From positions 1,060,557 to 1,124,556 of the forward strand of contig OZ251994.1 in NCBI GenBank assembly GCA_965246925.1: 64,000 bases of DNA, written 5' to 3'. A program made the position numbers and the translations under genes. Origin of the DNA: Acetobacteraceae bacterium. GTDB lineage: Bacteria; Pseudomonadota; Alphaproteobacteria; Acetobacterales; Acetobacteraceae. The notes under the pieces are model-generated. The model had not been told where the DNA came from, did no database searches, and worked only from the letters and a program-made list of their open reading frames with translations. Shown piece after piece: positions 1 through 8,725 of the stretch (the stretch's first letter is position 1; each line of letters starts with the position of its first letter).

Positions 1-5
1 CTGCA

Positions 6-1085
6 ATGCCTAGTCTGACGATTGGAAGCAGGGCGCTAATGGGCCTGCGCGGTATCGCAGCCTTGCTTGTGGTGTTCCATCATCTGTACTTGCGTGAACA
101 TCTCGATATACCTTACGTGAACACGCTGGCGATGCGCGGCTACTTGGCCGTGGACTTGTTCTTCGTTTTGAGCGGCTTCGTCATGGCGCTCTCGTATGGC
201 GCTTGGTTTACCGGCCAGTGGCGGCTCCGGGAGTATGCGGAGTTCCTGAAGCGCCGGGTCGCCAGGCTCTGGCCGTTGCACAGCGCGGTCGTGCTTGCCG
301 TCCTCGCCTACGTCACCCTCAACGACCCGGGTAGCCACGCGTTCTGGCCGAAGATGATCGCCAGCAACCTGCTCATGCTTCAAAGCTGGGGCTGGAGCCA
401 GGTGATCGTCCCGCCGAGCTGGTCCGTCAGCACCGAGCTGCTGGCTTACGTGCTATTCCCTGCTTTGGCGGCAATGGCCCTGCACGGGCGGCCCGCCACA
501 GCCTGGGTGACGGCATCGCTCGCCGCGGCGGCGCTGATCGCCTGCATGATGATGGCACCGGACCGGGGTGCGGGGCGGCGCGGCGTGCTGGACATCTACG
601 ATAATTGGAGCCTGCTTCCCGCTGGGCGGTGCGTGGCCGGCTTCACCTTTGGCTTGCTCGCCTTCCGCGCGCTGGCGACGCCGTGGATACTGTCGCTCGC
701 GCGCCGGCCCCTTTCCGCCCTCGTCACTGTGCTGGTGGTCACGGTGGCACTCATGGGCGGCGCGCCCGATCTGGCGGCCTATGCAGTATTTCCCATTCTG
801 ATCGTCACGATATTTGCCGGTGACGGTCAGGTGCAACGGGCCCTGTCTGCACCACCGCTGTATCAAACCGGCGTGCTGTCCTTTGCCATCTACCTCGTGC
901 ACTACCCAGTCCTTGAGTTTCTACTGCGCCAGGCCGGCACGCGCACTTCGGTTTTAGTGCCCCTTTTCTTGCTCTGCACAGCCGCCGCCGCCGCCGCCGC
1001 CCATTGGTGGATCGAGCTGCCTGGTCAGCGGATGCTGCGCCGGCTCCGTACTCCGTTCGGGCTGTCCCGCGCCGGAGCGAACTAG
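6..1085 (+). CDS. Acyltransferase family 3 (OafA/NolL-like membrane O-acyltransferase)
   Basis: 359-aa polytopic membrane ORF. N-terminal GLRGIAALLVVFHHL and DLFFVLSGFV motifs are typical of acyltransferase_3. Poly-Ala run near the C-terminus is encoded by (GCC)7. Confidence 0.8.
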   Translation: MPSLTIGSRALMGLRGIAALLVVFHHLYLREHLDIPYVNTLAMRGYLAVDLFFVLSGFVMALSYGAWFTGQWRLREYAEFLKRRVARLWPLHSAVVLAVLAYVTLNDPGSHAFWPKMIASNLLMLQSWGWSQVIVPPSWSVSTELLAYVLFPALAAMALHGRPATAWVTASLAAAALIACMMMAPDRGAGRRGVLDIYDNWSLLPAGRCVAGFTFGLLAFRALATPWILSLARRPLSALVTVLVVTVALMGGAPDLAAYAVFPILIVTIFAGDGQVQRALSAPPLYQTGVLSFAIYLVHYPVLEFLLRQAGTRTSVLVPLFLLCTAAAAAAAHWWIELPGQRMLRRLRTPFGLSRAGAN

Positions 1086-1186
1086 CCCTGCAAGGTCCGG
1101 TCCACCATTGAGCCTGCGAGACGGCAGAGACTCACCTGCAGCAATGGACGACTTTCGCTTCCCTCCGTCCCGGGCCTGTCCGAAGC

Positions 1187-2359
1187 CTACCCCGAACTCA
1201 GTTCCTGCTCCACCAGCGTGGCCCAAAACGCCGCGCCGAGCGGAAGGACATCGTCATTGAACTCATACCGGGAATTGTGGGCGGACACGGCGAACCGGTC
1301 CCCGTCCCGCATGCCGATCCGCACGAAACAGCCCGGCACGCGCTGCGCCATGTAGGAGAAATCCTCACCGCCCATGCGCGGCACCGCCTGCGTCACCACC
1401 CGGCCCGCGCCCAGCACGCGCTCGGCCGCCAGCACCGCGCGGGCGGTGACGGCGGCATGGTTGATCACGCTGGGATAGCCGCGCTCATATCGCAGTTCGG
1501 CCACCGCACCATGCGCCTGGGCGGTCAGCCGCACGATCTCGTCCATCCGCCGCTCCGTCTCGTCCCGCACGACGGCGTCCAGGGTGCGGACGGTGCCATG
1601 CAGCACGGCCGTCTCCGGGATCACGTTGCCCGCGCTGCCCGCATGGAACTCGCAGATGCTCAGCACCGCGCTCTCGAGCGGATCGGTGCCGCGGGCGACG
1701 ATGGTCTGCAGCGCCAGCACGATATGCGAGCCGATGACCACCGGGTCGATCGCGCGGTGCGGACGGGCCGCGTGGCCGCCCCGGCCGTGGATGTGCACCC
1801 AGAAATCATCCGCCGCCGCGTTCACCTGCCCGACCGTCGCCTGCATCGTGCCGGCCGGCAGCTCGGTATCGTTATGTGCGCCGAACACCTGGTCGCACGG
1901 GAAGCGGTAGAACAGGCCCTCCTCCACCATCACCCGCCCGCCGCCGCCATCCTCCTCGGCCGGCTGGAAGATGAAATGCACCGTGCCGTCGAAATGACGC
2001 GTCTCCGCCAGGTACCGCGCCGCGCCCAGCAGCATGGTGGTGTGCCCGTCATGCCCGCAGGCATGCATCCGGCCCGGCACCACCGAGCGGTAGGGCACGT
2101 CCAGCTCCTCCTGCATCGGCAGGCAGTCCATGTCCGCGCGCAGGCCGATCGCACGCGCCGAGGTGCCGGCGCGGAGCGTGCCCACGAGCCCCGTGCCGGC
2201 GATGCCCCGCGTCACCTCGATCCCCCAGGACTCCAACTTGTCCGCCACGATCTGGCTGGTGCGGTGCTCCTGGAAGGCGAGCTCCGGATGCGCATGCAGG
2301 TCGTGCCGCCAGGCGGTGAGGTCGGGGGCCAGCATGGCGATGCGGTTCTGGACGGGCAC
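1187..2359 (-). CDS. M20D-family amidohydrolase (hippurate hydrolase / N-acyl-amino-acid amidohydrolase-like)
   Basis: 390 aa. HAHPELAFQEHRTS and MHACGHDGH metal-ligand motifs and overall length fit the M20D family. Confidence 0.85.
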   Translation of the reverse strand: MPVQNRIAMLAPDLTAWRHDLHAHPELAFQEHRTSQIVADKLESWGIEVTRGIAGTGLVGTLRAGTSARAIGLRADMDCLPMQEELDVPYRSVVPGRMHACGHDGHTTMLLGAARYLAETRHFDGTVHFIFQPAEEDGGGGRVMVEEGLFYRFPCDQVFGAHNDTELPAGTMQATVGQVNAAADDFWVHIHGRGGHAARPHRAIDPVVIGSHIVLALQTIVARGTDPLESAVLSICEFHAGSAGNVIPETAVLHGTVRTLDAVVRDETERRMDEIVRLTAQAHGAVAELRYERGYPSVINHAAVTARAVLAAERVLGAGRVVTQAVPRMGGEDFSYMAQRVPGCFVRIGMRDGDRFAVSAHNSRYEFNDDVLPLGAAFWATLVEQELSSG

Positions 2360-2415
2360 GGGGCGCTCCTATACGGGACGGCGCAGTTGATCACGCGGGC
2401 CGGGGACTGAACAGG

Positions 2416-3027
2416 ATGTTGAAGGGCGCCGGCACCGCCGCCTTGCTGGCCGGGACGGCCGGGTATGTGAACGCGGTGGCCTATCTCGGCCTGCACGCCT
2501 TCGTGGCGCCCATGACCGGCACGGTGATCGCCGCCGGCTTCGCCCTGGCGGACGCCGATTGGACCGAGGCCGGGCACGGGTTGCTGGTCGCCGCCGCTTT
2601 CACCCTAGGCGTGATCCTGGCCCGGCTGCTCCGCCGCTTGGGCCGCGGCCCGGCGCCCTGCTGGCTGTTGTCGGCCGCGCTGCTAGCCGCCTCCGCGTTC
2701 CGCCCGCTGGACGGTTTGGTGTCGCTTATCCCGATCGCCGCCGCGGTCGGTTGCCTGAACGGGTCCGAGACGCGGTTCGGCACCGTGGTGCTCAACACCA
2801 CCTTCATCACTGGCAACTTGGAGCGCATCGGCGAGGCCCTGGCCGACCGGGGCTTCAAGGGCCGCCGCGCACAGCTGACGATGATCGCCTGCATCCTCCT
2901 GGCCTATCTGGCCGGCGCCACGGCCGGCGCCCGGGCGGCGCACGTCCTGACCTGGCCCCTCCTGGTGCCGGCCGCGGTGCTGTTAGCGGCAGGAATGGTC
3001 ACAACCTTGCGGCTTCGTCCGAACTGA
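2416..3027 (+). CDS. YoaK/DUF1275 family membrane protein
   Basis: 203-aa hydrophobic ORF with GYVNAVAYLGL...APMTGT, resembling the DUF1275 N-terminal signature. Confidence 0.7.
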   Translation: MLKGAGTAALLAGTAGYVNAVAYLGLHAFVAPMTGTVIAAGFALADADWTEAGHGLLVAAAFTLGVILARLLRRLGRGPAPCWLLSAALLAASAFRPLDGLVSLIPIAAAVGCLNGSETRFGTVVLNTTFITGNLERIGEALADRGFKGRRAQLTMIACILLAYLAGATAGARAAHVLTWPLLVPAAVLLAAGMVTTLRLRPN

Positions 3028-3058
3028 GCCAGTCTCAGCCGGCTGAAACGGGGGGCGC

Positions 3059-3850
3059 ATGAGCCTGAATGCCTTGAAGCGCGGGCCGTTGCCGCAGGAC
3101 GTCGCGTCTGCCTACCAAGTACTGGACGGCATGACCGGCTCGCGCGCCGCCACATTGGACCTGATTAACGATCTGCGCTGGCCGGGACTTGCGATGTCGG
3201 GCGCAGGAGCCCTACGCCGCCGTCCCATCCGCTTCGCCCAGGCCGCGACCGGCACGATGAGCGATGTTCTGCCAACCTTCCGGGGCCTGACGATCCCCAA
3301 GGGCGCCGTACTTATAGAAGGCGTCATCGTGACGGCCGCGATCGTGTTGACGGAGATCGACAACGCGCGAGAACGAGCCGCAGTCAATGAGGTGATCCAG
3401 CGCTACGGGCTCAATCGTAGTTTGGCCGCCGACATGCTGGCCGCCCGCGCTTACGTATGGACCGTTAATTATGGCCCCTGGAAGAACTGGGCAATCCCCT
3501 ACTCCGGTCCGGCCAATACGCAGGCAGCCGAAAGCGTCATGCGGTATGAGCAGTCGCACCCGGGAACGGTGGGTTTAGCGGTTTCGGGCCGAAGCCGCGA
3601 AGCTGACGACGTTCTAACAGTGCTTCTAGAGGACGCGGTGCCAGGAATTACCTGTAATGGAGCCGCTCGAGCGCACCTCAGCCGTCAACCCGGCACTAAG
3701 CACATCATCGTCCAGGGCACGAGCAATCCTCGGGTTGCAAGCAATGCAGCTATGGGTAGCACACCATTTAATACCGTTCGGCGTCGTTGCGTCGCTCTCT
3801 GTTCCCGTACAACAAGCGATTGCGATTTCCGGTTGGGAAATGGACTCTGA
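3059..3850 (+). CDS. Hypothetical protein, probably the N-terminal part of the downstream AHH toxin (frame conflict)
   Basis: ATG at 3059 follows a G-rich SD. No domain recognised. The last ~65 codons overlap the AHH ORF in another frame and look non-protein-like (RRRCVALCSRTTSDCDF), so the true reading frame probably leaves this ORF between ~3630 and ~3740. Confidence 0.45.
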   Translation: MSLNALKRGPLPQDVASAYQVLDGMTGSRAATLDLINDLRWPGLAMSGAGALRRRPIRFAQAATGTMSDVLPTFRGLTIPKGAVLIEGVIVTAAIVLTEIDNARERAAVNEVIQRYGLNRSLAADMLAARAYVWTVNYGPWKNWAIPYSGPANTQAAESVMRYEQSHPGTVGLAVSGRSREADDVLTVLLEDAVPGITCNGAARAHLSRQPGTKHIIVQGTSNPRVASNAAMGSTPFNTVRRRCVALCSRTTSDCDFRLGNGL

Positions 3851-4094
3851 TGAAAACCTGATTGCACTGCCGGCAAATCAACAGGCTTGGCTTAACCAGC
3901 CATACCGCCCTCGCCGGCCATTTCAGTTGGGACCTCATCCCGTTTATGACGTTCTCACCCGCAATTCCTTGGCTCCCGTGATCGCGGCGGCCGGAATCCT
4001 GCCTGGCCCGGCTCTTCGCCCTCTACTGCGTGCAACAGAGACATCAATGCGAAGGCTAATTGAAAGCGGGACCCTTAACCCGCGACTACGATGA
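3657..4094 (+). CDS. AHH-family (HNH/EndoVII-fold) nuclease toxin domain protein
   Basis: WVAHHLIPF ... DENLIALP ... LGPHPVYD occur in the order expected for the AHH toxin nuclease signature. This frame is open only from 3630 (stops at 3615 and 3627). The stop overlaps the next gene's start. Confidence 0.7.
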   Translation: MEPLERTSAVNPALSTSSSRARAILGLQAMQLWVAHHLIPFGVVASLSVPVQQAIAISGWEMDSDENLIALPANQQAWLNQPYRPRRPFQLGPHPVYDVLTRNSLAPVIAAAGILPGPALRPLLRATETSMRRLIESGTLNPRLR

Positions 4095-4798
4095 GCGGAT
4101 CGAAACTTTGGGAGGTGCTTCCTCCCACTACAGCAATCCCGACTCTCTCGCGCGTGTTCGATGTTGATAGCGAAGGTCATGCGGCTGTTGACCTGCTCAA
4201 CTATGACGACCTTCTCTTAAACTGGTTCCAGGTCGAGAACGGAATTCCGGATCATGAGACTTGGGATCAAGAGACTATGAGATTTCGCACTGACCCTACC
4301 CACATTTTGCAGGTGCAAGACCCCGATTTTGATCTAGACTATTTTTCGATCCGAAATACCTACGCATCTGCCCATCTGCGAGAGGTTTTTGCGCTCGGAC
4401 CTGATCAGGTTATGTATCACGAGATCGATACTAGACATTGTGCAGCGAAGGCAAAGGCAAAGGACTATCAGACCTTCCTTCCTCGGATCGTAGCGAACCC
4501 ATTTGACCCTTCAAGGATGCCAGGGCGCGTGCGTTCAGTTAGGCAAGAGAACGGCTCGCTAAAAGATGAATGGATGCTGGAGCCGCTTACTATCGATACG
4601 AGCGTCTCGCCTTTCTACTTCAGGCCGGACTTCATCCCCCCTGCACCGCTGTTCCGAACGATAGTTTTCGGCTTCGTGCTGGCAACAGAGGAGTTCGCCG
4701 ACCGTGTGACCCGTGCTGGAGTGACCGGCATCGGTTTCCGGGAAGTCGAAGGCGAGCGTGCCTCAAAGGAAGTTACCTACCGCGAGCCTTTGCCATGA
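4091..4798 (+). CDS. Putative cognate immunity protein (Imm11/DUF1629-like)
   Basis: ATGA start/stop overlap with the AHH ORF (4091-4094). Acidic 235-aa cytoplasmic protein. The C-terminal LFRTIVFGFVLATEEFADRVTRAGVTGIGFREV resembles the conserved tail of Imm11/DUF1629 proteins (recalled, not searched). Confidence 0.55.
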   Translation: MSGSKLWEVLPPTTAIPTLSRVFDVDSEGHAAVDLLNYDDLLLNWFQVENGIPDHETWDQETMRFRTDPTHILQVQDPDFDLDYFSIRNTYASAHLREVFALGPDQVMYHEIDTRHCAAKAKAKDYQTFLPRIVANPFDPSRMPGRVRSVRQENGSLKDEWMLEPLTIDTSVSPFYFRPDFIPPAPLFRTIVFGFVLATEEFADRVTRAGVTGIGFREVEGERASKEVTYREPLP

Positions 4799-4811
4799 GA
4801 ATCGGACGGCA

Positions 4812-5408
4812 ATGACAGTATTAAGGAAATTAAAACTGGGCGCTCGGCCGTGGCCTGTACGTCTTGCCGCGGTCATGGCATTTGCCTTCTATACACATTC
4901 AGGCTCTGCGGCCGAGGCCGTTGACCCTATACTGGCCGTAACCGGTGGTTGTAGTCCGAAATACAGCCGCTACGTGACCGCGATCAATCACCACATGCAG
5001 AGTGCGATAGAAACGCCTCTCGTTTGTAATCGGGCGGTCGTCACTCAATCGCCTGATGGACGCGTCACCTTCCGGTTCAAGAACAGCGGCGCTCAGGACC
5101 GTAACGTGGCAGCCTTCGTGGGGTTCGGGCCTACCGGCTTCCGGTTGAATGCCGTCGAGGAGGGAGTGATCTTGCTTGACATCGATCAGTTCACCTTGCC
5201 GGATACCGAAACCTTCTCGCCAGCAGGATTCGGCAACTGCAAACTGACCTTCGGCGGCGGCCAATTGCTTGATCTCTGGTGTGCGGCGAAGCTGCTCGAA
5301 GGCACGCTGATCAGATCGATGACTGTCACATTCGACATCGTCCCCGGCGCGTCCGACGTCCCGCCAGCCGCGGGAGCGCCCCGCGTCCCGATCAAAGGAC
5401 ATCCGTAG
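4812..5408 (+). CDS. Secreted hypothetical protein
   Basis: The internal ATG at 4812 gives MTVLRKLKLGARPWPVRLAAVMAFAFYTHSGSAAEA, a plausible Sec signal peptide. Four Cys in the mature part. No family recognised. Confidence 0.5.
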   Translation: MTVLRKLKLGARPWPVRLAAVMAFAFYTHSGSAAEAVDPILAVTGGCSPKYSRYVTAINHHMQSAIETPLVCNRAVVTQSPDGRVTFRFKNSGAQDRNVAAFVGFGPTGFRLNAVEEGVILLDIDQFTLPDTETFSPAGFGNCKLTFGGGQLLDLWCAAKLLEGTLIRSMTVTFDIVPGASDVPPAAGAPRVPIKGHP

Positions 5409-5438
5409 GGCGGATCAGCGCAGCGCCATCCGCCCTAC
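5405..5438. repeat. REP-like palindromic element / hairpin between convergent genes
   Basis: GTAGGGCGGAT-cagcgcagcgcc-ATCCGCCCTAC forms an 11-bp perfect stem. It shares the ...GCGCCATCC(R)CC core with the elements at 13401-13483. Confidence 0.5.
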
Positions 5439-5448
5439 CCTGGACGGG

Positions 5449-5943
5449 TCAGAAGCTGCCGATGAAATCCCGCTTGCCCACGTCGACGCCATTATGCCGC
5501 AGGATGGCGTAGGCTGCCGTCGCGTGGAAATGCAGGTTCGGCAGCACGAAATGCAGCAGATACGCTTGGCCCTTGAAGTGCATCTCCTGCCCGGCGATCT
5601 TCAGCACGATCTCACGCTCTTCCGACCCATCGATCTGCGCCGGCGTCAGCGTCTTGATGAAATCGATCGTGCTGGCCAGCCGCGCCTTCAGCTCCGGGAT
5701 CGTCGTCTCGGTGTCGGCGTGCTTCGGCGCCTCCACCCCCGCCAGCCGCGCGCAACCGCCCTTGGCGAAGTCCGCCGCGATCTGCACCTGGCGCTGGCAC
5801 GCGAACATCGTGGGATACAGCCGGGCGGTGAGCAGGATGGCCGGGTCGAATTTATGCGTCTCCGCATGCGCCGCCGCCTTGTCCAGCACGCCCTGCAGCG
5901 CACCCAGCACCTGCAGACAGGACGGCACGGCAACCTGGAACAT
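5449..5943 (-). CDS. DUF1993 domain-containing protein
   Basis: MFQVAVPSCLQVLGALQGVLDKAAAHAE... matches the usual DUF1993 N-terminus. ATG at 5943 is preferred over the TTG at 5952, which overlaps the argG stop. Confidence 0.75.
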   Translation of the reverse strand: MFQVAVPSCLQVLGALQGVLDKAAAHAETHKFDPAILLTARLYPTMFACQRQVQIAADFAKGGCARLAGVEAPKHADTETTIPELKARLASTIDFIKTLTPAQIDGSEEREIVLKIAGQEMHFKGQAYLLHFVLPNLHFHATAAYAILRHNGVDVGKRDFIGSF

Positions 5944-5948
5944 GGAAA

Positions 5949-7175
5949 TCAAAGCGAACCCCCCTTACGGCCGATCGCAGCGCCCAAACGGAGGCGCAGC
6001 GCATTCAGCTTGATGAAACCCTGCGCGTCGAACTGGTCATACGCGCCCTGATCGTCCTCGAACGTGACGGTCTTGCTCGAATAAAGGCTATGCGGGCTGT
6101 CCCGCCCGACGCAGCTCACGTTACCCTTATACAGCTTCATGCGCACCTCCCCGGTGACGCTCGCCTGGCTCGCGTCGATCGCAGCCTGCAGCATCCGGCG
6201 CTCCGGGCTGAACCAGAACCCGTTATAGATCAGCGCGGCGTAGCGCGGCATCAGATCGTCCTTCAAATGCGCCGCCTCCCGGTCCAGGGTGATGCTCTCG
6301 ATCGCCCGGTGCGCCGCGAGCCAGATCGTGCCGCCCGGCGTCTCATACACGCCGCGGGACTTCATCCCGACGTAGCGGTTCTCCACCAAATCCAGCCGGC
6401 CGATGCCGTTATCATGGCCGAGCTGGTTCAGCGTCGAGAGCAGAGACGCCGGGCTGAGCCGGACGCCGTCGATGGACACGGGGTCCCCCTGCTCGAACCC
6501 CACGCGGATCACCGTCGCGCGGTCCGGCGCGTCCTCGGGCCGGATGGTGCGCTGATACACGAACTCGGGCGCCTCTTCGGCCGGGTCCTCGAGCACCTTG
6601 CCCTCGCTCGAGCTGTGCAGGAGGTTGGCGTCCACGCTGAACGGCGCCTCCCCCATCTTGTCGCGGCTGACGGGGATCTGGTTCTGCTCGGCGAATTCCA
6701 GCAGGCGGGTGCGGCTGGTGAGGTCCCATTCGCGCCAGGGCGAGATCACCTTGATATCGGGGCGGAGCGCGTAATAGGCGATCTCGAACCGGACCTGGTC
6801 GTTGCCCTTGCCGGTGGCCCCGTGCGCCACGGCGTCCGCACCCACCATCTCGGCGATCTCGATCTGCCGCTGAGCAATCAAGGGCCGGGCGATGCTGGTG
6901 CCCAGTAAGTATTGGCCTTCATACACGGTGTTGGCGCGGAACATCGGGAAGACGAAGTCGCGCACGAAGGTCTCACGCAGGTCATCGACGAAGATCTCCT
7001 TCACGCCGAACATCTCGGCCTTGCGCCGCGCCGGCTCCAGTTCTTCGCCCTGACCGAGGTCGGCGGTGAACGTCACGACCTCGCACTGGTAGTTGGTCTG
7101 CAGCCACCGGAGGATCACGCTGGTATCGAGCCCGCCGGAATACGCCAGCACGACCTTCTTCACGTCCTTCTGCAT
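5949..7175 (-). CDS. argG: Argininosuccinate synthase
   Basis: 408 aa. [18 protein letters not shown]-binding motif and full-length similarity to type-I ArgG. Confidence 0.97.
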   Translation of the reverse strand: MQKDVKKVVLAYSGGLDTSVILRWLQTNYQCEVVTFTADLGQGEELEPARRKAEMFGVKEIFVDDLRETFVRDFVFPMFRANTVYEGQYLLGTSIARPLIAQRQIEIAEMVGADAVAHGATGKGNDQVRFEIAYYALRPDIKVISPWREWDLTSRTRLLEFAEQNQIPVSRDKMGEAPFSVDANLLHSSSEGKVLEDPAEEAPEFVYQRTIRPEDAPDRATVIRVGFEQGDPVSIDGVRLSPASLLSTLNQLGHDNGIGRLDLVENRYVGMKSRGVYETPGGTIWLAAHRAIESITLDREAAHLKDDLMPRYAALIYNGFWFSPERRMLQAAIDASQASVTGEVRMKLYKGNVSCVGRDSPHSLYSSKTVTFEDDQGAYDQFDAQGFIKLNALRLRLGAAIGRKGGSL

Positions 7176-7313
7176 TACGCTCTCTCTCGTTCCGGGGGTG
7201 GGCTAGCACGGGCCCCTGCAAAAATCATCCCATCCCCGCCCGGACGGGGGGCGGCGGCTGTCACGAAACCTTCGCCCGACCGCGGCGCCGCTCCCTTGTA
7301 GGGTCGTCCCGTT

Positions 7314-8615
7314 ATGATGGGGATGACGATGAACGGACCGGCACGGATTACGGCGATCTTGCTTACGCTCGCGGCCACACCGGCGCTGGCGGATCAGACC
7401 GCACTCGGCCCCTGGAATGCCGAGGCCGCGAGGCTCGCCGGCGGCTCCGCGCTCGTCACCTCCGCCATGGCGTATATCCGCGCCACCGCCGCCACCCTGC
7501 ATGATCCCGTGATCAAGCGGGAGACCGAGGACGCGGTGTTCAACGCCGACACCTGCGTCCGCAGCCGCGCCAGCCTCACCGCGGAACGGAAGCAGCAGAT
7601 CGTGGCGCAGCTGGTGAGCGAGGGGCTGATCGACGAGACCGAGGCCGGGCGGATCCCCGGTGGCCTGGTCGCCGGCGTGTTCCCGGGCCTGCGCGAAGAC
7701 GGCTCCGCCTGCCCCAAACTGCCGCAGCCCTACGGCAGCGCGCCGGGCAGCGTGTTCGGCGGCCATCATTCCGAGCCCGGCGGCCTGCCGATGCACGTCG
7801 CCGTCAACATGACCAGCGGCATGCACCTGGCCGACACCTATCGCCAGGTGTACGGCATGCTGGACGGGCGCGGCCTGCCGGTGGTGCAGGCGGGCGGCAC
7901 GCCGGATCCCGACCTGTTCATCGACCAGGACATCGCGGCCGGCACGCCCATCTGGCATGACTGGGCCAAGACGATGGTGTTCCAATGGAACGCCGACGGC
8001 TCCGAATACATCGAGATGAACTTCGGCGGTAACGGCAAGACCGACGCCTGGGGCGCCGCGGGCAGCACCAAGACCGGCGGCCACCACCTGATCGGCATCG
8101 CCGAGGGCATGGCGCGCGGCATGCCCCCCGCCTTCCTGATCGCCCACGCCTCCGCCCACGCCGCCCCCACCGCGGGTAACGAGTTCAGCGTGGTGAACTG
8201 GATCCGCACCGCCGGGATCATGACCGGGATCGACCCGGTGGAGCGCGGCTACCTGATCAAGGACGCCATCGGCCGCCTCCGCCTCGCCCCCGTCCGCCAG
8301 CTCGGCTCCATCAACGTCCTGGCCAGCCTGCCGAACCAGTCCAACCTGCTGTACGAGTATGTGCTGCAGAACCTGTCCGATGCGGACTTCACCTATACCG
8401 GCCCGGCGGTCGTTCAAAGCGAGCTGATCCTTCGCACCCTCGCCCCGAAGTTCGGCTACGACCCGGCGGACGCCACCCGCTACAACACCCAATACCGCAA
8501 CCCCACCCTCACCCACCTCTCGGCCGAACGCGTCTTCATTCTCTACGCCAACGGCGGCATCGCCCGCGTGGAAGCGGAGCTGGCTAAGCTAAAAACGGCC
8601 GGACTTCTGCAATGA
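7314..8615 (+). CDS. Secreted hypothetical protein (possible metal-dependent hydrolase)
   Basis: Signal peptide ARITAILLTLAATPALA. His-rich motifs GGHHSEPGGLPMH, IWHDWAK and GGHHLIG. No family assigned with confidence. Confidence 0.6.
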   Translation: MMGMTMNGPARITAILLTLAATPALADQTALGPWNAEAARLAGGSALVTSAMAYIRATAATLHDPVIKRETEDAVFNADTCVRSRASLTAERKQQIVAQLVSEGLIDETEAGRIPGGLVAGVFPGLREDGSACPKLPQPYGSAPGSVFGGHHSEPGGLPMHVAVNMTSGMHLADTYRQVYGMLDGRGLPVVQAGGTPDPDLFIDQDIAAGTPIWHDWAKTMVFQWNADGSEYIEMNFGGNGKTDAWGAAGSTKTGGHHLIGIAEGMARGMPPAFLIAHASAHAAPTAGNEFSVVNWIRTAGIMTGIDPVERGYLIKDAIGRLRLAPVRQLGSINVLASLPNQSNLLYEYVLQNLSDADFTYTGPAVVQSELILRTLAPKFGYDPADATRYNTQYRNPTLTHLSAERVFILYANGGIARVEAELAKLKTAGLLQ

Positions 8616-8725
8616 CTTTGGCGTCAGTGCGTCTCGAGCCCAGCCCCAAATTTGCCGGTCCTGGGCGTTTCGCAGGACGGCACAGCAGGATCATCCGACA
8701 ACTCAAAGGTTAAGCTCTGGGACCC

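Noticed and set aside
981-1001. (GCC)7 trinucleotide run inside the acyltransferase gene, considered as a phase-variation tract.
   Set aside because: The run is in-frame (poly-Ala in a hydrophobic segment), so slippage would not switch the gene off. Such runs are common in high-G+C genomes.
5949-5952. TTGA overlap suggesting the DUF1993 gene starts at TTG 5952, coupled to argG.
   Set aside because: The ATG at 5943 gives the N-terminus typical of the family (MFQVAVP...), so the TTG start is less likely.
7203-8516. 437-aa minus-strand ORF antisense to the 7314..8615 gene. Similar long antisense ORFs occur at 1277..2410, 15811..16959, 40894..41553 and 58466..60574 (702 aa).
   Set aside because: These are typical high-G+C shadow ORFs. 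They are Arg/Gly/Ala/His-rich low-complexity translations with no motifs, each lying opposite a gene with strong family signatures.
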